DNA of 30,379 nt from a virus. Its lineage: Duplodnaviria; Heunggongvirae; Uroviricota; Caudoviricetes. The position numbers and the translations under genes are program-made. The stretch's first letter is position 1. Every line of letters starts with the position of its first letter. The stretch is from the IMG/VR virus record IMGVR_UViG_2896595138_000001, positions 1 to 30,379 of that record. The stretch is one strand, 5' to 3'. Under the pieces are notes generated by a model, which saw only the letters and a list, made by a program, of their open reading frames with translations, had not been told where the DNA came from and searched no databases. This document shows, piece by piece, positions 17,748 to 29,095 of this stretch.

Positions 17748-18776
17748 ATGAGCGCATTTACTCCTGCGACTACTATTGTGTCGCCGTCAATGGTGCTGCC
17801 GGAAATGATCGTGCAACAGAGCATGGCTTCCGGGGCGTTTGAAGTCCTGGCCGGTGGTGCTCCAGCGGTAAAAATCAGTTCCAGTGATTTGATGGTCTAT
17901 CAGAAATATATGCGCATGACCTCGCAGGCGCAGGTCAGCCAGTCTCTGCCGGGTCAGTTACCGTCTTCCAGTATCTCTGGCGGCTATGACGGAATGATGA
18001 CTTACCGAATTTCTTCCCGCTCGCAATACAGCTATCTCGATACTGATGCAGCAGATCGCTGGGGCTATTCTCTGATTGAAGGCCTGCGCCTGGCTAACCG
18101 TCAGGGACACGCTCAAATGTTGCGTAATATGCTGCTGTATGGCGTGAATGCAGCTAATAACGAGGGGATCACCAACTCACCGAACGCAGTGACGCTGAAT
18201 CTGGGCAACGACAGCAAAGGTAACGATTCGTACACCACCTGGGATTCCGGCGAGATGGCTAAATTTATGCTTGGCCTGATTGCTGACCAGAAAACCCGCA
18301 TGTTGCTGCTGGGGCAGCCATTAACGACTGTTATTCTGAGCCCACAGCGATTCATGAAGGCGCTGGAGTGGACAGGAATTGTTGAGCTGACCAGTTACCA
18401 GCGTCCTGGTGGTGGTACCGGAACGGTGGGAACGATGGTTAAAGACGTCGCCGATAAGGCGACAGGCGACGACATCATGTTCTGCCAGGACGACACGCTG
18501 ATCGGTAAAGGCGCTGGTGGTAATGACCTGATCATCGTTACGAACCCGACGATTGAGGTTCCGGAAGCGCGTCACACCATTAACACCAATATTTTCTCCC
18601 CGCTGGTACCTAACCAGCAGGCCGTCAACGTGATGTTCTGTGATATGGCAGCGCCGACGGAAATCCCGTCCCCTATGCCGGATGGCGGCCTGACCACGTT
18701 GTATACCATGCGCGCGACGCCGGGCTGGAACTTCCGCCCTGAGGGGATCACCCTGTTGTCTGCCAAATACGCATAA
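17748..18776 (+). CDS. Putative major capsid protein (342 aa)
   Basis: AAGGGGA RBS; large ORF after scaffold-like and head genes, followed by a strong intrinsic terminator. Call by size and synteny, not by a recognised motif. Confidence 0.45.
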   Translation: MSAFTPATTIVSPSMVLPEMIVQQSMASGAFEVLAGGAPAVKISSSDLMVYQKYMRMTSQAQVSQSLPGQLPSSSISGGYDGMMTYRISSRSQYSYLDTDAADRWGYSLIEGLRLANRQGHAQMLRNMLLYGVNAANNEGITNSPNAVTLNLGNDSKGNDSYTTWDSGEMAKFMLGLIADQKTRMLLLGQPLTTVILSPQRFMKALEWTGIVELTSYQRPGGGTGTVGTMVKDVADKATGDDIMFCQDDTLIGKGAGGNDLIIVTNPTIEVPEARHTINTNIFSPLVPNQQAVNVMFCDMAAPTEIPSPMPDGGLTTLYTMRATPGWNFRPEGITLLSAKYA

Positions 18777-18795
18777 ACGTTCAATCTGATAACGC

Positions 18796-18818
18796 GGGAG
18801 CTAAATGCTCCCTTTTTT
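18796..18818 (+). terminator. Rho-independent terminator after the putative capsid gene
   Basis: GGGAGC-TAAAT-GCTCCC hairpin followed by T6. Confidence 0.5.
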
Positions 18819-18830
18819 GTGGGAAAAATT

Positions 18831-19347
18831 TATGAAGCTCTACATCGCTAACTGCTCACGTCAGCCGCACACGTTCAACTACAAACTCCCCGAAAAAACG
18901 CAGTCGTTCGGTGTGACAATTCCGTCCGGACGTCAGCATATGATCGAAAATCAGTCCGATATTATCGACCACATCATCCGACAGCATGAGCCTTACGGAT
19001 TCCAGCGTTGTGACAAGGTGGACAAGAATTTTTCCGGTATCTGCTATTCCATCGATAAACCTGTGAGCGTCGGTCGCATTGAGGATTGCGCGGAGCAGAA
19101 AACGGAAAATCTGGAATCCCTGTCAGAAGAAATTCTTGCAGCCAGCGCCGTATCGCTGAATAACGCAGTGGATCAGGCAGTGATTCAAAGTGGCGAAAAA
19201 CCTCAACCGGGTGGTATTGAAATGGAAATCACCGGGAAGCGATTAACACTGAACAGGAAAATCCGCCCAGCACAAAGCGAAATATTAAGGTTAAAAAATA
19301 ATGACCTTGCGTCCGTCACTGGAGGGATTTATTCGCTTTGTTCGTGA
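18831..19347 (+). CDS. Phage structural/head-tail joining region protein (hypothetical)
   Basis: 172 aa ORF in the co-oriented structural operon between capsid and tail sheath genes. Confidence 0.35.
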
Positions 19348-19741
19348 CGACATGAAAGTATCGGTTCACGCTATTGCTGACGATGATCCGACGCTGGAAT
19401 GTTGCTTTCAGTCTGCTATGGAGCTAATCCCTCACGATCAGGGGCTGGAGCGTTTACCCATCATCTATGTGCGAACGGTTTATAACGCTGCCGCCTCATT
19501 TCTCCTGAATTTCGCTCCCGGCTCGCGGTTTGCCGACCTGAGAAAAAAACTCAACCTTGGGAAACTGGCTACCGGGCTTGTCAGCGCGGCAGCAGACCAG
19601 GGGACATCTGGTTCGATCACCATCAGCGACGCGCTGAGTAATCTGTCTTTGCTGGATTTGCAGATGTTACAGGATCCGTATGGACGACAGGTTGTTGCGG
19701 TGCTGATGCAGATGGGCACGGTATGGGGTTACACGCCATGA
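19301..19741 (+). CDS. Phage structural protein (hypothetical)
   Basis: 146 aa ORF overlapping neighbours within the structural operon. Confidence 0.35.
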   Translation: MTLRPSLEGFIRFVRDDMKVSVHAIADDDPTLECCFQSAMELIPHDQGLERLPIIYVRTVYNAAASFLLNFAPGSRFADLRKKLNLGKLATGLVSAAADQGTSGSITISDALSNLSLLDLQMLQDPYGRQVVAVLMQMGTVWGYTP

Positions 19742-20118
19742 AACTTTGTTTTGGGGTTATCGACCAGCCGTATGACTACGGCGACGAACTGGGAAAAACC
19801 ACGTTTGACGTGGCCTGTGACCTCGAGGAGCGATACGAAATTTTTACGCACTTCTGGGAAATGCATAAGGACGAGATTATCCAGGAGGCAGGTACTGAAC
19901 TGGCGTACCAGTTGGTCAATCACTTCAAGTATAAGGCTCCGCTACCTGGCGAGCATTTTCTGGAAGGGACCGGGAAGATTTTCCATATATTTCTTGAAAC
20001 CGAAGAAATGGCCGGAATGACGATCAACGGAAATCAGGTCCCAACCCAGGCTGCGTTACAGGGTGTTAACTCAAGGCTTAAGGACAAATATACCGGGAGC
20101 GGCGCCCGTCATTCATAG
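19738..20118 (+). CDS. Phage structural protein (hypothetical)
   Basis: 126 aa ORF; ATG overlaps the upstream stop (ATGA). Confidence 0.35.
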   Translation: MKLCFGVIDQPYDYGDELGKTTFDVACDLEERYEIFTHFWEMHKDEIIQEAGTELAYQLVNHFKYKAPLPGEHFLEGTGKIFHIFLETEEMAGMTINGNQVPTQAALQGVNSRLKDKYTGSGARHS

Positions 20119-20163
20119 ATGGCGGCCTGTTTAAGGGCAGCTTTATAGCGTGGATAGATAACA

Positions 20164-21108
20164 ATGCCGAGTCTTGAAGAATTAACCGAACAGCACAGTT
20201 CGCAGCTCTCGTCCGTTCTTAAATCCGCAGTTGAAACCATCTCGTCAGACCAGGAAATCACGTTCAGGCTCTATGTCCGGCAGGTTCTGCCGCTGGATGG
20301 CTTTGTCTATTGGGTTAATGCGGAAATCATCAGTTGCGATGAACTGTGTCGTCTGAATATTGAGTCACCAACTCGTCTGAAAATCAAAGGCAGCCTGCAT
20401 CGTCAGATTATTGCGATTCAGGACGAGTCTGTCTCGAAGGATGTGAACAACATTATTTTCACGCCTGTTCAGCAGGTTGATGATTTTAATGTGGAAAATC
20501 CCGATGCGATCTATCTCGGTGAGTACGGCGGCGTCCAGTTCGCTTTTTCTCGAATGGAGAGCCGCTATCAGCAGTCGGGTATTTTTCATTATCGCGGCAT
20601 GGCGATTTTGCCAACCATGCGTTCCCAGATTATCGACTGCGAGGAGGATATCAGCGACGAGCAGATCATATCCAACAGCATCCCGATCTGGCTGCAAATG
20701 AAAGATGCCGCGACCGTGTATCCGTCTTACCTGGTACCGCAGAACCTTCGCCCTCCGTATATCGCGGTGGATGTTCGCAACAGTATTCCATTGCAGGTGG
20801 CTCCCGTTGTTTTCGGTGGTGAGCGATTCCAGCTCGTCCAGGATTCGGTTCGCCTGACGCTTTATGGATTCAGCAATAAAATGGCGCTGGATCTTGTCGA
20901 CTCGGTGGTGAACAGGGCGCTGGAGGAGGAAAAGTTTGGTGTAACCAATATTCCGGTGGTTCAGGACGCAAAGTCGGGACAGGTTGAAATCAACGCTCTG
21001 GCGAAGAAAAAGATTGTCGATTTTGACGTGAATTACTACCAGAGCACCGCCCGGGAAATATCCCGGCAGTTGATTGAAAAAGTCATTTGTAAATATGAGG
21101 TTAAATAA
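20164..21108 (+). CDS. Phage structural protein (hypothetical, 314 aa)
   Basis: Long ORF immediately upstream of, and overlapping the start of, the sheath-like gene. Confidence 0.4.
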   Translation: MPSLEELTEQHSSQLSSVLKSAVETISSDQEITFRLYVRQVLPLDGFVYWVNAEIISCDELCRLNIESPTRLKIKGSLHRQIIAIQDESVSKDVNNIIFTPVQQVDDFNVENPDAIYLGEYGGVQFAFSRMESRYQQSGIFHYRGMAILPTMRSQIIDCEEDISDEQIISNSIPIWLQMKDAATVYPSYLVPQNLRPPYIAVDVRNSIPLQVAPVVFGGERFQLVQDSVRLTLYGFSNKMALDLVDSVVNRALEEEKFGVTNIPVVQDAKSGQVEINALAKKKIVDFDVNYYQSTAREISRQLIEKVICKYEVK

Positions 21109-22444
21109 TGGGGTTTAATATCGTCACGGTGAATGTGTCCCAGACCATCGGGGCCATTCCCTCGAATTTGCAGCAGATGTCTGCTGTTCTCTCGTTTGGC
21201 TCCACGACTCATGAGCCGGGAAAGCCTGTATTACTCACCCGTAATCAGGATATTAACGATCTGGTAAGAAATCCGATTGCTGCGTTGTCGGCGGCTGCTG
21301 CAGGAAAATCTGCGGCAAACGTCACCGTTACGATGACGCTTCCGGAAGGGAGCAACATCCGACGCGAAAACAGTTCTGAGGTGAAAATTGTTGTTTCCGG
21401 GTGTTCGCCCGACGCGTGGAATGGCGAATATACTGCTACCGTCACGGATGAAAAAACACTGACCTGGACGATTGCTGATTCTCAGCTTTCCGGTTCGCCA
21501 GTGACACTGGGGCAGTTTTCCATTGTTGGCAGTGAAAATCTGGTGACGGCAGTAAACACGTTTTTTGCCCAGGGAAATTCAGTTGGGATTTACCTGCTGG
21601 AGCTGGGAGTACAGAAAGGTGGAGTCAGTAAGGAAATCGCTGCACTGAAAGCTTATATGGAAGATCCGCTCCTGCGTTTTTATGCGTATCTGGTGCCGCA
21701 GCCGTGGGATGGTGACGCAGAGTTTATCAGTCTGGCAAAACTCCACACCGCCAACGAAGCGATGCAGTATTTCTTCGTGCTGACGAAAACGCCGGACGAC
21801 ACGAATTACGTTTCGCCTTATGCCGGTATTAAGTCGGTTATTGCAACGGCGGATGATACGTACCCGGCGACAAACGCGGCAGCAGCCGTAATGTGGAACT
21901 ATGTTTCCGCATCACCTTCAGAAATCAACAAGGTGCCGCCGATGGCATTTCGCTATCTACAGGCGGTAAACGCCCACACGGGCAAAAATTCAATTCTGGT
22001 CACGATGACGAAGCAGAATATTAACTACGTCGACACGGGGGCTGAGGGGGAATTTCCAACACGATTCTGGTGAAAGGCGTTACCAGTGACGGTAACGATA
22101 TGACGTACTGGTATTCCGTGGACTGGGTGCAGATTAATGTCGATATGCAGCTCGCCAACACGGTGATCAACGGCAGCAATAACTCAATTAACCCGCTTTA
22201 CTACAACCAGGACGGGATCGACCGTCTACAGCAGGTCGCACAGGCGGTGTTCAATACGGGCGTATCTTACGGCCTGGTCAACGGTCAGCCTGTCGTCGAT
22301 GCAGTGCCTTTCCGCCAGTATATCAACACTAATCCCAATGATTACGGTATCGGGCGTTATGCAGGCCTTTCGGCCTCCTATACGCCGATGCGCGGATTTG
22401 TCGAAATCATTTTTAACATCAATGTGACAATGCAGCTTTCGTGA
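21108..22444 (+). pseudogene. Putative tail sheath protein (~445 aa), frame-shifted at a G5 run (22046-22050)
   Basis: ORFs 21108..22073 and 22070..22444 join if GGGGG is GGGGGG; size and position (before a ~147 aa tube-like gene, chaperone and TMP) fit a contractile-tail sheath. Confidence 0.4.
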
Positions 22445-22455
22445 GGGACTGAACC

Positions 22456-22899
22456 GTGCCTAATCCAATGATCCCCGTTGGCACCCTTAACCGGGTTCGC
22501 GCCAGCGTTAAATTCACCTCCCATTCTGAACTGAATGTGTCCGCCTCATTTCTGGCAAAAGAAGGCGTCGAATTGTCCTTTCAGGGCAATATCACGGAGT
22601 TTTTACCCGCTATGACGGGAGCCGTGCAGTCGCCGCAGCCATACATGATTTTACAGGCGCGTGTTCATCTGCTGCGTAGCCAGGCGCTGGGAAAACAATT
22701 CAAGGCGCAATGGAAAAAGAATGCCACGATCGGCGACGCAAAAGTGTATAGCGACAGCACGGTGTTCGGTGACTTCGATATCTATAACACGGCGATCACC
22801 AACGTGCAGGATATGACCTTCGCCGGGGGCGAGCCGGGTGTGGCCATCACCATTACTGGTACGTATTACATCAACTCTGAAATGTGGGATCTGGTATGA
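22456..22899 (+). CDS. Putative tail tube protein (147 aa)
   Basis: GAGGGA RBS before a GTG start; size and position right after the sheath-like gene. Confidence 0.35.
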   Translation: MPNPMIPVGTLNRVRASVKFTSHSELNVSASFLAKEGVELSFQGNITEFLPAMTGAVQSPQPYMILQARVHLLRSQALGKQFKAQWKKNATIGDAKVYSDSTVFGDFDIYNTAITNVQDMTFAGGEPGVAITITGTYYINSEMWDLV

Positions 22900-23579
22900 A
22901 AATCGCGCGAAATTTAAACCTGATTATTCCTGTCCGGACAGAAAAGGGTAATGGCTGGATCCATGCCACGCCGATCAGCAAAGAGGTGTTTAAAGAGCAT
23001 TTCTTCATTCTGAGTAAAACTTTTTCTGCCATTTTTTCAGAAGGTCTTGGCGTCGTTGCGGGTCCGCGTATCGCTTTTTTGATGCTGGAGCGGATCTCGC
23101 GTGATTCTAATATCTGGGAAGGTGATAAAGGGGTCCGTAATACACTTGTTAATGAGGTCATTCGCCTGGCAAACCTTGTTTACCCAGTGGAGGGTAAAGG
23201 CTACGACACAATCCCTCTCGATATGGCGCTGGAGCGTGAAATCATTGATTTGGATGAAGTGGCGGGTGAGCTCATTTTTTTTTACATGCGTCTCGTCGAT
23301 AAATTCACCGGAGCAGGCGAAGGGGACTATGGATGTGGTCAATGGAGTATGGAGCACTCAATGCTCGTTATTGAATCTTACGGAATGGATCGCTTCATTG
23401 CCGACATTGAAATCAGCCGCCAGTTCTGGCGCGACGGCGAACACGTCATCAGCGACATCCTCGACTACTCAGCCGGAGCCGGATTCAGAGACATCTGTGC
23501 AGATTCCGGCCTAAATGTAAAAACAGCAGCTCAGTTTCGTGAGCTGCTCAAATTCAAAAATCCCGCAGGAGTATTGTGA
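22896..23579 (+). CDS. Putative tail assembly chaperone (227 aa)
   Basis: Sits between tube-like and tape-measure-like genes; start overlaps the upstream stop. Confidence 0.3.
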   Translation: MKIARNLNLIIPVRTEKGNGWIHATPISKEVFKEHFFILSKTFSAIFSEGLGVVAGPRIAFLMLERISRDSNIWEGDKGVRNTLVNEVIRLANLVYPVEGKGYDTIPLDMALEREIIDLDEVAGELIFFYMRLVDKFTGAGEGDYGCGQWSMEHSMLVIESYGMDRFIADIEISRQFWRDGEHVISDILDYSAGAGFRDICADSGLNVKTAAQFRELLKFKNPAGVL

Positions 23580-24243
23580 TGGCTGGTAACCAGATGCCAG
23601 TTCTGACGCTGGATGTTAATGAAGAACACCTCAGGCGGCTTGAGGCGATATTTGAAAAGTATCGCAACGGACTGATGATTGGCCCTGCCGGTACGCCGCT
23701 TAAAATACCTTCAAATACCGGTCCGGGAGGTGGCTCTTGGCAGACAACCACAGGCGGAGAAGCCAATCAGGCTCCCAGGAAACCATCTTCACCCGCGCCA
23801 GTTCTGGCTGCTTCCACTGATGGACGTTTAAGGGATGAAAAATGGCGCTTTGTTGGCAGCGGGAAAACACCTGATTCGCTGGTGAGCAACTATAAAGGTC
23901 GCGGCGAAACGATGTTTGATAAGTACCTCAGCGGGCTGGGGAAAAACGCCAAACAGACGCTGAAAACTTACAAGCAGATCAATTCTACGCTACGGACGAC
24001 CACTTCGAGATTAAACAACCTGTTTAAAACCACCGTATCGTGGGGGACAAAACTTGCGGTTATGGGCGTTGCCGGGCCGTTTGGCTTTGGCATGATGGCT
24101 CGTAATGTTGTAGAGAAACAGAAAAATGCTGATGAATTGCAGGCAACTCCAGGAGAGTTAAAGGCGGCAGAAAGCACTTATTCGCCTTATTTTTCCGGTG
24201 TTGGTAATTTGCTCAATACACTGGCAGCCGCGCAAAATGACAC
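23579..24243 (+). pseudogene. Putative tape measure protein, N-terminal fragment truncated by IS600
   Basis: Reading frame runs straight into the IS600 left end at 24244 and terminates on an IS-encoded stop; hydrophobic segment (AVMGVAGPFGFGMMARNVV) typical of TMPs. Confidence 0.4.
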
Positions 24244-24307
24244 TGAGGTAGCCTGAGTTTAACGGACACTCCTTCCTGAAATAGAATGGCATCAGAAGGA
24301 GCTAATA

Positions 24308-24610
24308 ATGAGCAGAAAAACCCAACGTTACTCTAAAGAGTTCAAAGCCGAAGCTGTCAGAACGGTTCTTGAAAATCAACTTTCGATCAGTGAAGGCGCT
24401 TCCCGATTATCCCTTCCTGAAGGCACTTTAGGACAATGGGTTACCGCCGCCAGAAAAGGGCTCGGTACTCCTGGTTCCCGCACGGTGGCTGAACTGGAAT
24501 CTGAAATTCTGCAACTGCGTAAGGCGTTAAATGAAGCTCGCCTTGAGCGAGATATATTAAAAAAAGCAACAGCGTATTTTGCACAGGAGTCGCTGAAAAA
24601 TACGCGTTAA
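24308..24610 (+). CDS. IS600 OrfA
   Basis: Identical protein to the copy-1 OrfA. Confidence 0.9.
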   Translation: MSRKTQRYSKEFKAEAVRTVLENQLSISEGASRLSLPEGTLGQWVTAARKGLGTPGSRTVAELESEILQLRKALNEARLERDILKKATAYFAQESLKNTR

Positions 24611-24645
24611 TCGAACAATGGCGACAACAATTTCCCATTGAAGCG

Positions 24646-25464
24646 ATGTGTCAGGTATTTGGTGTATCCAGGAGCGGTTATTACAACCGGGTACAGCATG
24701 AACCCTCAGACAGAAAACAAAGTGATGAGCGGCTAAAACTGGAGATTAAGGTGGCACATATCCGCACTCGCGAAACATATGGAACCCGGCGGCTCCAGAC
24801 GGAGCTGGCAGAGAATGGCATCATCGTTGGTCGTGACCGACTGGCACGTCTTCGTAAGGAGCTAAGGCTACGCTGTAAGCAGAAACGCAAGTTCAGAGCG
24901 ACTACGAACCCGAACCACAATCTGCCAGTTGCGCCAAATCTGCTGAACCAGACGTTCGCTCCTACAGCACCAAATCAGGTCTGGGTGGCGGACCTGACGT
25001 ATGTTGCCACACAGGAGGGATGGTTGTACCTCGCTGGCATCAAAGATGTTTATACGTGCGAAATTGTCGGCTACGCCATGGGAGAGCGCATGACAAAAGA
25101 GCTGACAGGTAAAGCCCTGTTTATGGCGCTCAGGAGCCAGCGCCCACCTGCCGGGCTAATCCACCACTCTGATCGAGGTTCACAGTACTGCGCATACGAT
25201 TACCGGGTCATACAGGAGCAGTTTGGTCTGAAAACATCAATGTCGCGTAAAGGTAACTGTTACGACAACGCTCCGATGGAAAGCTTCTGGGGAACGCTGA
25301 AAAATGAGAGCCTGAGCCACTATCGTTTTAATAACCGGGATGAAGCCATCTCAGTAATACGGGAATACATTGAGATTTTCTACAATCGTCAGCGTCGTCA
25401 CTCTCGTCTGGGGAATATCTCCCCGGCAGCCTTCAGGGAAAAATATCATCAGATGGCTGCTTAA
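24646..25464 (+). CDS. IS600 OrfB (DDE domain)
   Basis: 272 aa, one residue different from the copy-1 OrfB. Confidence 0.9.
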   Translation: MCQVFGVSRSGYYNRVQHEPSDRKQSDERLKLEIKVAHIRTRETYGTRRLQTELAENGIIVGRDRLARLRKELRLRCKQKRKFRATTNPNHNLPVAPNLLNQTFAPTAPNQVWVADLTYVATQEGWLYLAGIKDVYTCEIVGYAMGERMTKELTGKALFMALRSQRPPAGLIHHSDRGSQYCAYDYRVIQEQFGLKTSMSRKGNCYDNAPMESFWGTLKNESLSHYRFNNRDEAISVIREYIEIFYNRQRRHSRLGNISPAAFREKYHQMAA

Positions 25465-25507
25465 AAAAAGAACAAATGGTAGTGTCCGCTATTGCCAGTA
25501 CACCTCA

Positions 25508-26510
25508 CCGTGATGATGCACAACGTTTTGCGGAGAAAGCCCGACAGGATGCAACCGTCACAGCTGAGAACAGAAAGGCCACAGCGGAAGACGTGAAAAG
25601 CACGGGGAAAAACGCCGTCTTATCCGGTCAGCGTGCACAGGCAGCCGCAGGTTATGCCCGCGCAGCAGAACAGGCCAAAAATGACATTGATGCTGCGCTG
25701 ACCGGCACTCTGAAAACGGCTAACCATCTGTCTGAAATCGCAGCAGCAGGCGAAAAGGCACAACAGAAGTCCCGGGATAATCTGGGGCTGAAAAGTGCGG
25801 CCACGATGGAAGCACAGAGCGACATTTACGACCGGACAAAAGGCCGTCTGGCGATACCCGGCGCATTCGGCTTTGGGTGTGCTTTTCTGCCTGAAGATGT
25901 TATCCGTTTTGACACTAAGAGTGATTTCCTGGCCTGGGTAAGGAATGCGCTGCCAGGTGAGTATTCCGTTGCTGGCCGCCAGGGCATCATACCCGACACA
26001 CGGTTTGAAGGGGTGCTCAGCATCCGGTGGACTGATGCACACCCTGAGACAATAGAACCGCGGTACAGAGCCAAATCCCTTACTTTTTACGGCATTAACG
26101 GCCCCATTTATCACACCCGCTACTGCTACTGGCCCATATCCAGACTGACTGGCTGGGTGAAAATAAATATAACCACAGAAGATATTATTTACAGAATCGT
26201 GGCGAGCTCTGTCCGCAACAGATGGGGAGACCCTGACATTGGCGGGCTGATTATTGCTGCGTACCAGGGAGAAGCTGACGGTGATAAAGTCATCAGACTT
26301 GTCAGGGGGCAGTCATACAGAGGCTCACGACTGGAACCGGTGGGGATTTCAGTGCCCAGTACTCCCACCGGAACGTATATAGCATCCCCACAATTTTTCA
26401 TTACGGGATGTTCAGAGCATTCATTACCGGGGTCATATTGCGCCCTGTCCGGGGTGCCGGATGCACATGTCTCTGGCGCAATGCCCGGGCTTTTTATTCG
26501 CACATCGTGA
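25508..26510 (+). pseudogene. Side tail fibre protein, C-terminal fragment (5'-truncated by IS600)
   Basis: Frame is open from the IS600 right end; Ala/Gln/Lys-rich repeats (…AAAGYARAAEQAKNDIDAALTG…) typical of lambdoid Stf shafts; followed by a tail fibre assembly gene. Confidence 0.55.
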
Positions 26511-26520
26511 GGAATGCACC

Positions 26521-27081
26521 GTGGAAATTAAAAAAATCATTAATCCCCGTTATACCGAAAGTGGCGCAGTAGACTGTGACGTTTTTTTTGACGACAGGGA
26601 CCAGGCAGTCCCCTACACAGCCACCGCTGATGATGTCGCACCGACGGGTCAGCAAATCTGGCAGGAACTGCAAAGTGGCAAATGGGGTGAGATAGCCCCA
26701 TTCACTGTGACACCAGAAATGCTGGAAGCGGCCAGAGAGGCCAGACGTCAGGAAATTGAAGCATGGCGCACAGAACAGGAGGCGAAGCCGTTCACGTTTG
26801 AATGGAACGGTCGTGTCTGGAATGCTGGCCCGACTCACTGGGCCGCCTGTCCCGGTAGTCATGCTGGCAAAATCTGTCACAGCACAAACGCATATGGCGT
26901 GGAGCGATGCCGATAATCAGCAGGTGAAACTGTCGATGCCGGAACTGGAAGAACTGGCGGCAGCAATGGTGCAGGCGCAGGTCGATCGCAACGATGAGAT
27001 TTATCGCCGTCAGCGGGAGATGAAAGAGGAGCTGAGCAGTCTGGATGATTTGGCTTCAATTCGGGCGTTTGACGTTAAGTA
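26521..27081 (+). pseudogene. Tail fibre assembly protein (Tfa-like), frame-shifted near 26825-26835
   Basis: GAGGAA RBS before a GTG start; N-terminal part in one frame, C-terminal part (…ELEELAAAMVQAQVDRNDEIYRRQREMKEELSSL…) in another (ORF 26756..27082). Confidence 0.55.
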
Positions 27082-27199
27082 ATGAATAAGCCGCAACTGG
27101 CGGAATCACAGAAGACCGCTTTGCTTACCGAGGCGGAGTCTGTCATCCGGCCGCCGGGGCGTGCGGTCAGGCTGAACAGAGAAACGGATGAATCCGGGG

Positions 27200-27225
27200 A
27201 GGCCCGGGGCGGGCCTCTGTTTTTC
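27200..27225 (+). terminator. Hairpin plus T run between tfa and the convergent ipaH 3' end
   Basis: AGGCCC-GGGGC-GGGCCT followed by CTGTTTTT. Confidence 0.35.
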
Positions 27226-27260
27226 CGGAGTCAGTCCGGTCTGTGGTTTATGCGATGTGA

Positions 27261-28976
27261 TTATGAATGGTGCAGTTGTGAGCCGTTTTCAGGCAATCGC
27301 AGGGCCAGTACCTCGTCAGTCAGCTGACGGTAAATCTGCTGTTCAGTCTCACGCATCACCTGTGCACCGGCTTCCCTCTCCGCATCCGCATCACCGCTCA
27401 GACCTGATGCTTTCAGCCGGTCAGCCACCCTCTGAGGGTACTCATTCTCCAGCATCTCATATTTCTGCTCTTCTGCCTGCGCCCAGCGGTCAGCTTCCGT
27501 ACGCTTCAGTACAGCATGCCATGGTCCCCAGAGGGAGAACCAGTCCGTAAATTCATTCTCTTCACGGCTTCTGACCATGGCTTCGGCAGTGCGGAGGTCA
27601 TTTGCTGTCACTCCCGACACGCCATAGAAACGCATTTCCTTCACGGCAGTGGAGAGCTGAAGTTTCTCTGCGAGCATGGTCTGGAAGGCCAGGTAGACTT
27701 CTATCTCATCCACAAAATGGAGAGTTCTGACTTTATCCCGGGCAATGTCCTCCAGAATTTCGAGGCGGAACATTTCCCTGCCCAGGGAGAGCAGAGCGCC
27801 GGTATCATTATCGAAAAGGCCTTCTGATGCCTGATGGACCAGGAGGGTTTTCCGGAGATTGTTCCATGTGAGCGCGACACGGTCCTCACAGCTCTCAGTG
27901 GCATCAGCAGCAACAGCGAAAGACTGCTGTCGAAGCTCCGCAGAGGCACTGAGTTTTTCCAGCCATGCAGCGACCTGTTCACGGAATCCGGAGGTATTGC
28001 GTGCAGAGACGGTATCGGAAAGGCGGTCAAGGAACGCGGAAAAGGTGTTGGCGTGCTCTTCATGTTCAAAAGCATGCCATATCTGTGATACATCAGATTG
28101 TTTGTTTTCCGGGAACCATGCTGTCACGGCATCAGCCAGGGGGCGATGGAGTGTATTCTGTTGTCCGTCACTCATGGAGAAGTAAATCCGTGGGCCGTGG
28201 TAGTCCGGTTGGGCGGTTTGTTGCGACAGAGACTCCCTGATCCGTGAGGACAGAGGATTGTCTTCGAGGATGATAGTGCAGGTCGGATCAAGGCTAAGTA
28301 TATTTTCCGGAATGTGTGTGATGCGATTCTCGCGGCACCGGAAAAATATCTCGGTTTCCTCTGAGTGATGATTTCTTACAGGTACGGCTGGTAGGCTTTC
28401 CAGAAGATTAGTACTTACATCGAGCGCTTCCAGTGATTCAGGTAACTCAGGGAGAAATGTCAGCTGGTTATTTCTTACTGAGAGCACTTCCAGCGATGTA
28501 GGTAATTCAGGAAGCATGGTTAGCTGATTGTTATCTGCATTAATATATTCCAGCAATGCAGGCAATTCAGGAAGCATGGTTAGTTGGTTGTTATCTACAT
28601 CAAGATGTTTCAGAGATGCGGGTAATTCAGGAAGTGTTGACAGGTGATTGTCACAGGCGTCAAGGTATTCCAGCGATGCTGGCAATTCTGGTAATGATAT
28701 TAGGGCATTCTGAGTAATTTCCAGAACAGTGATTTGAGGTGGTAAGTTGTCAGGTAGCGAGGACAGATTTAAACGATTCAGTTGAAGCTCACTGAACTGA
28801 TTGATGAGACATTCTTTAAGTAGGGAGACCGCTTCATTCCGATTTTCACCGGGGAGCGCTTGTTTTTCCCATTTATCCCATGCTGAAAAGTAATCAGCAT
28901 ATGTACCGGAAATAGTGTTATAAAAAGAATTTTGGGACAATGAAAAGTTATTATTTATCGGTAACATGATGGACAT
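27261..28976 (-). CDS. ipaH: IpaH-family type III secreted E3 ubiquitin ligase (LRR domain + NEL domain)
   Basis: 571 aa; N-terminus [10 protein letters not shown]…, tandem 20-aa LRRs (LPELPxSLxxL…NNQLT), C-terminal NEL domain with catalytic Cys motif (…[19 protein letters not shown]…), near-identical to the recalled IpaH9.8 C-terminus. Alternative start at 28967. Confidence 0.9.
   Translation of the reverse strand: MSIMLPINNNFSLSQNSFYNTISGTYADYFSAWDKWEKQALPGENRNEAVSLLKECLINQFSELQLNRLNLSSLPDNLPPQITVLEITQNALISLPELPASLEYLDACDNHLSTLPELPASLKHLDVDNNQLTMLPELPALLEYINADNNQLTMLPELPTSLEVLSVRNNQLTFLPELPESLEALDVSTNLLESLPAVPVRNHHSEETEIFFRCRENRITHIPENILSLDPTCTIILEDNPLSSRIRESLSQQTAQPDYHGPRIYFSMSDGQQNTLHRPLADAVTAWFPENKQSDVSQIWHAFEHEEHANTFSAFLDRLSDTVSARNTSGFREQVAAWLEKLSASAELRQQSFAVAADATESCEDRVALTWNNLRKTLLVHQASEGLFDNDTGALLSLGREMFRLEILEDIARDKVRTLHFVDEIEVYLAFQTMLAEKLQLSTAVKEMRFYGVSGVTANDLRTAEAMVRSREENEFTDWFSLWGPWHAVLKRTEADRWAQAEEQKYEMLENEYPQRVADRLKASGLSGDADAEREAGAQVMRETEQQIYRQLTDEVLALRLPENGSQLHHS
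28389..28754 (-). repeat. Tandem ~60 bp coding repeats encoding the IpaH leucine-rich repeats
   Basis: Near-identical 60-nt units (…CAGGTAATTCAGGAAGCATGGTTAGCTG…) recur in phase inside the ipaH ORF. Confidence 0.8.
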
Positions 28977-29095
28977 TCAGTTAAAGCCGATGGACAAATG
29001 GCTTTGTTAAAAGAAATAAGTAGGAGTTTTTATGAAGTTCATTCCATGAAATGAACTTCAGAACTTTTTTATTATAAAAGGACAAACAAAATTGG

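Larger units (their letters stand above)
24244..25507 (+). mobile_element. IS600 (IS3 family), copy 2, 1264 bp
   Basis: Same ends as copy 1, same orientation, 21,537 bp downstream; at least one substitution (OrfB W15R); slippery site at 24559-24566. Confidence 0.9.

Noticed and set aside
18113-18784. Reverse-strand ORFs within the putative major capsid gene
   Set aside because: Antisense to a 342-aa ORF with a good RBS and a downstream terminator.
25620-26114. 164-aa reverse-strand ORF (and 25826..26074) inside the tail fibre fragment
   Set aside because: Antisense to a reading frame with clear tail-fibre repeat character; Cys-rich low-complexity translation.
27082-27327. 81-aa ORF after tfa
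   Set aside because: No convincing RBS, runs through a terminator hairpin and overlaps the 3' end of ipaH on the opposite strand; probably intergenic.
27516-28240. Plus-strand ORFs (27516..27827, 27834..28088, 27859..28185, 27965..28240) and the 130-aa minus ORF 27701..28093
   Set aside because: All lie inside ipaH, antisense or out of frame to the NEL domain coding sequence, which is strongly supported.
28389-28754. Regularly spaced ~60 bp direct repeats that could be mistaken for a CRISPR array
   Set aside because: They lie in phase inside the ipaH ORF and encode its leucine-rich repeats; the intervening sequence is part of the same repeat unit, and no cas genes or leader are present.
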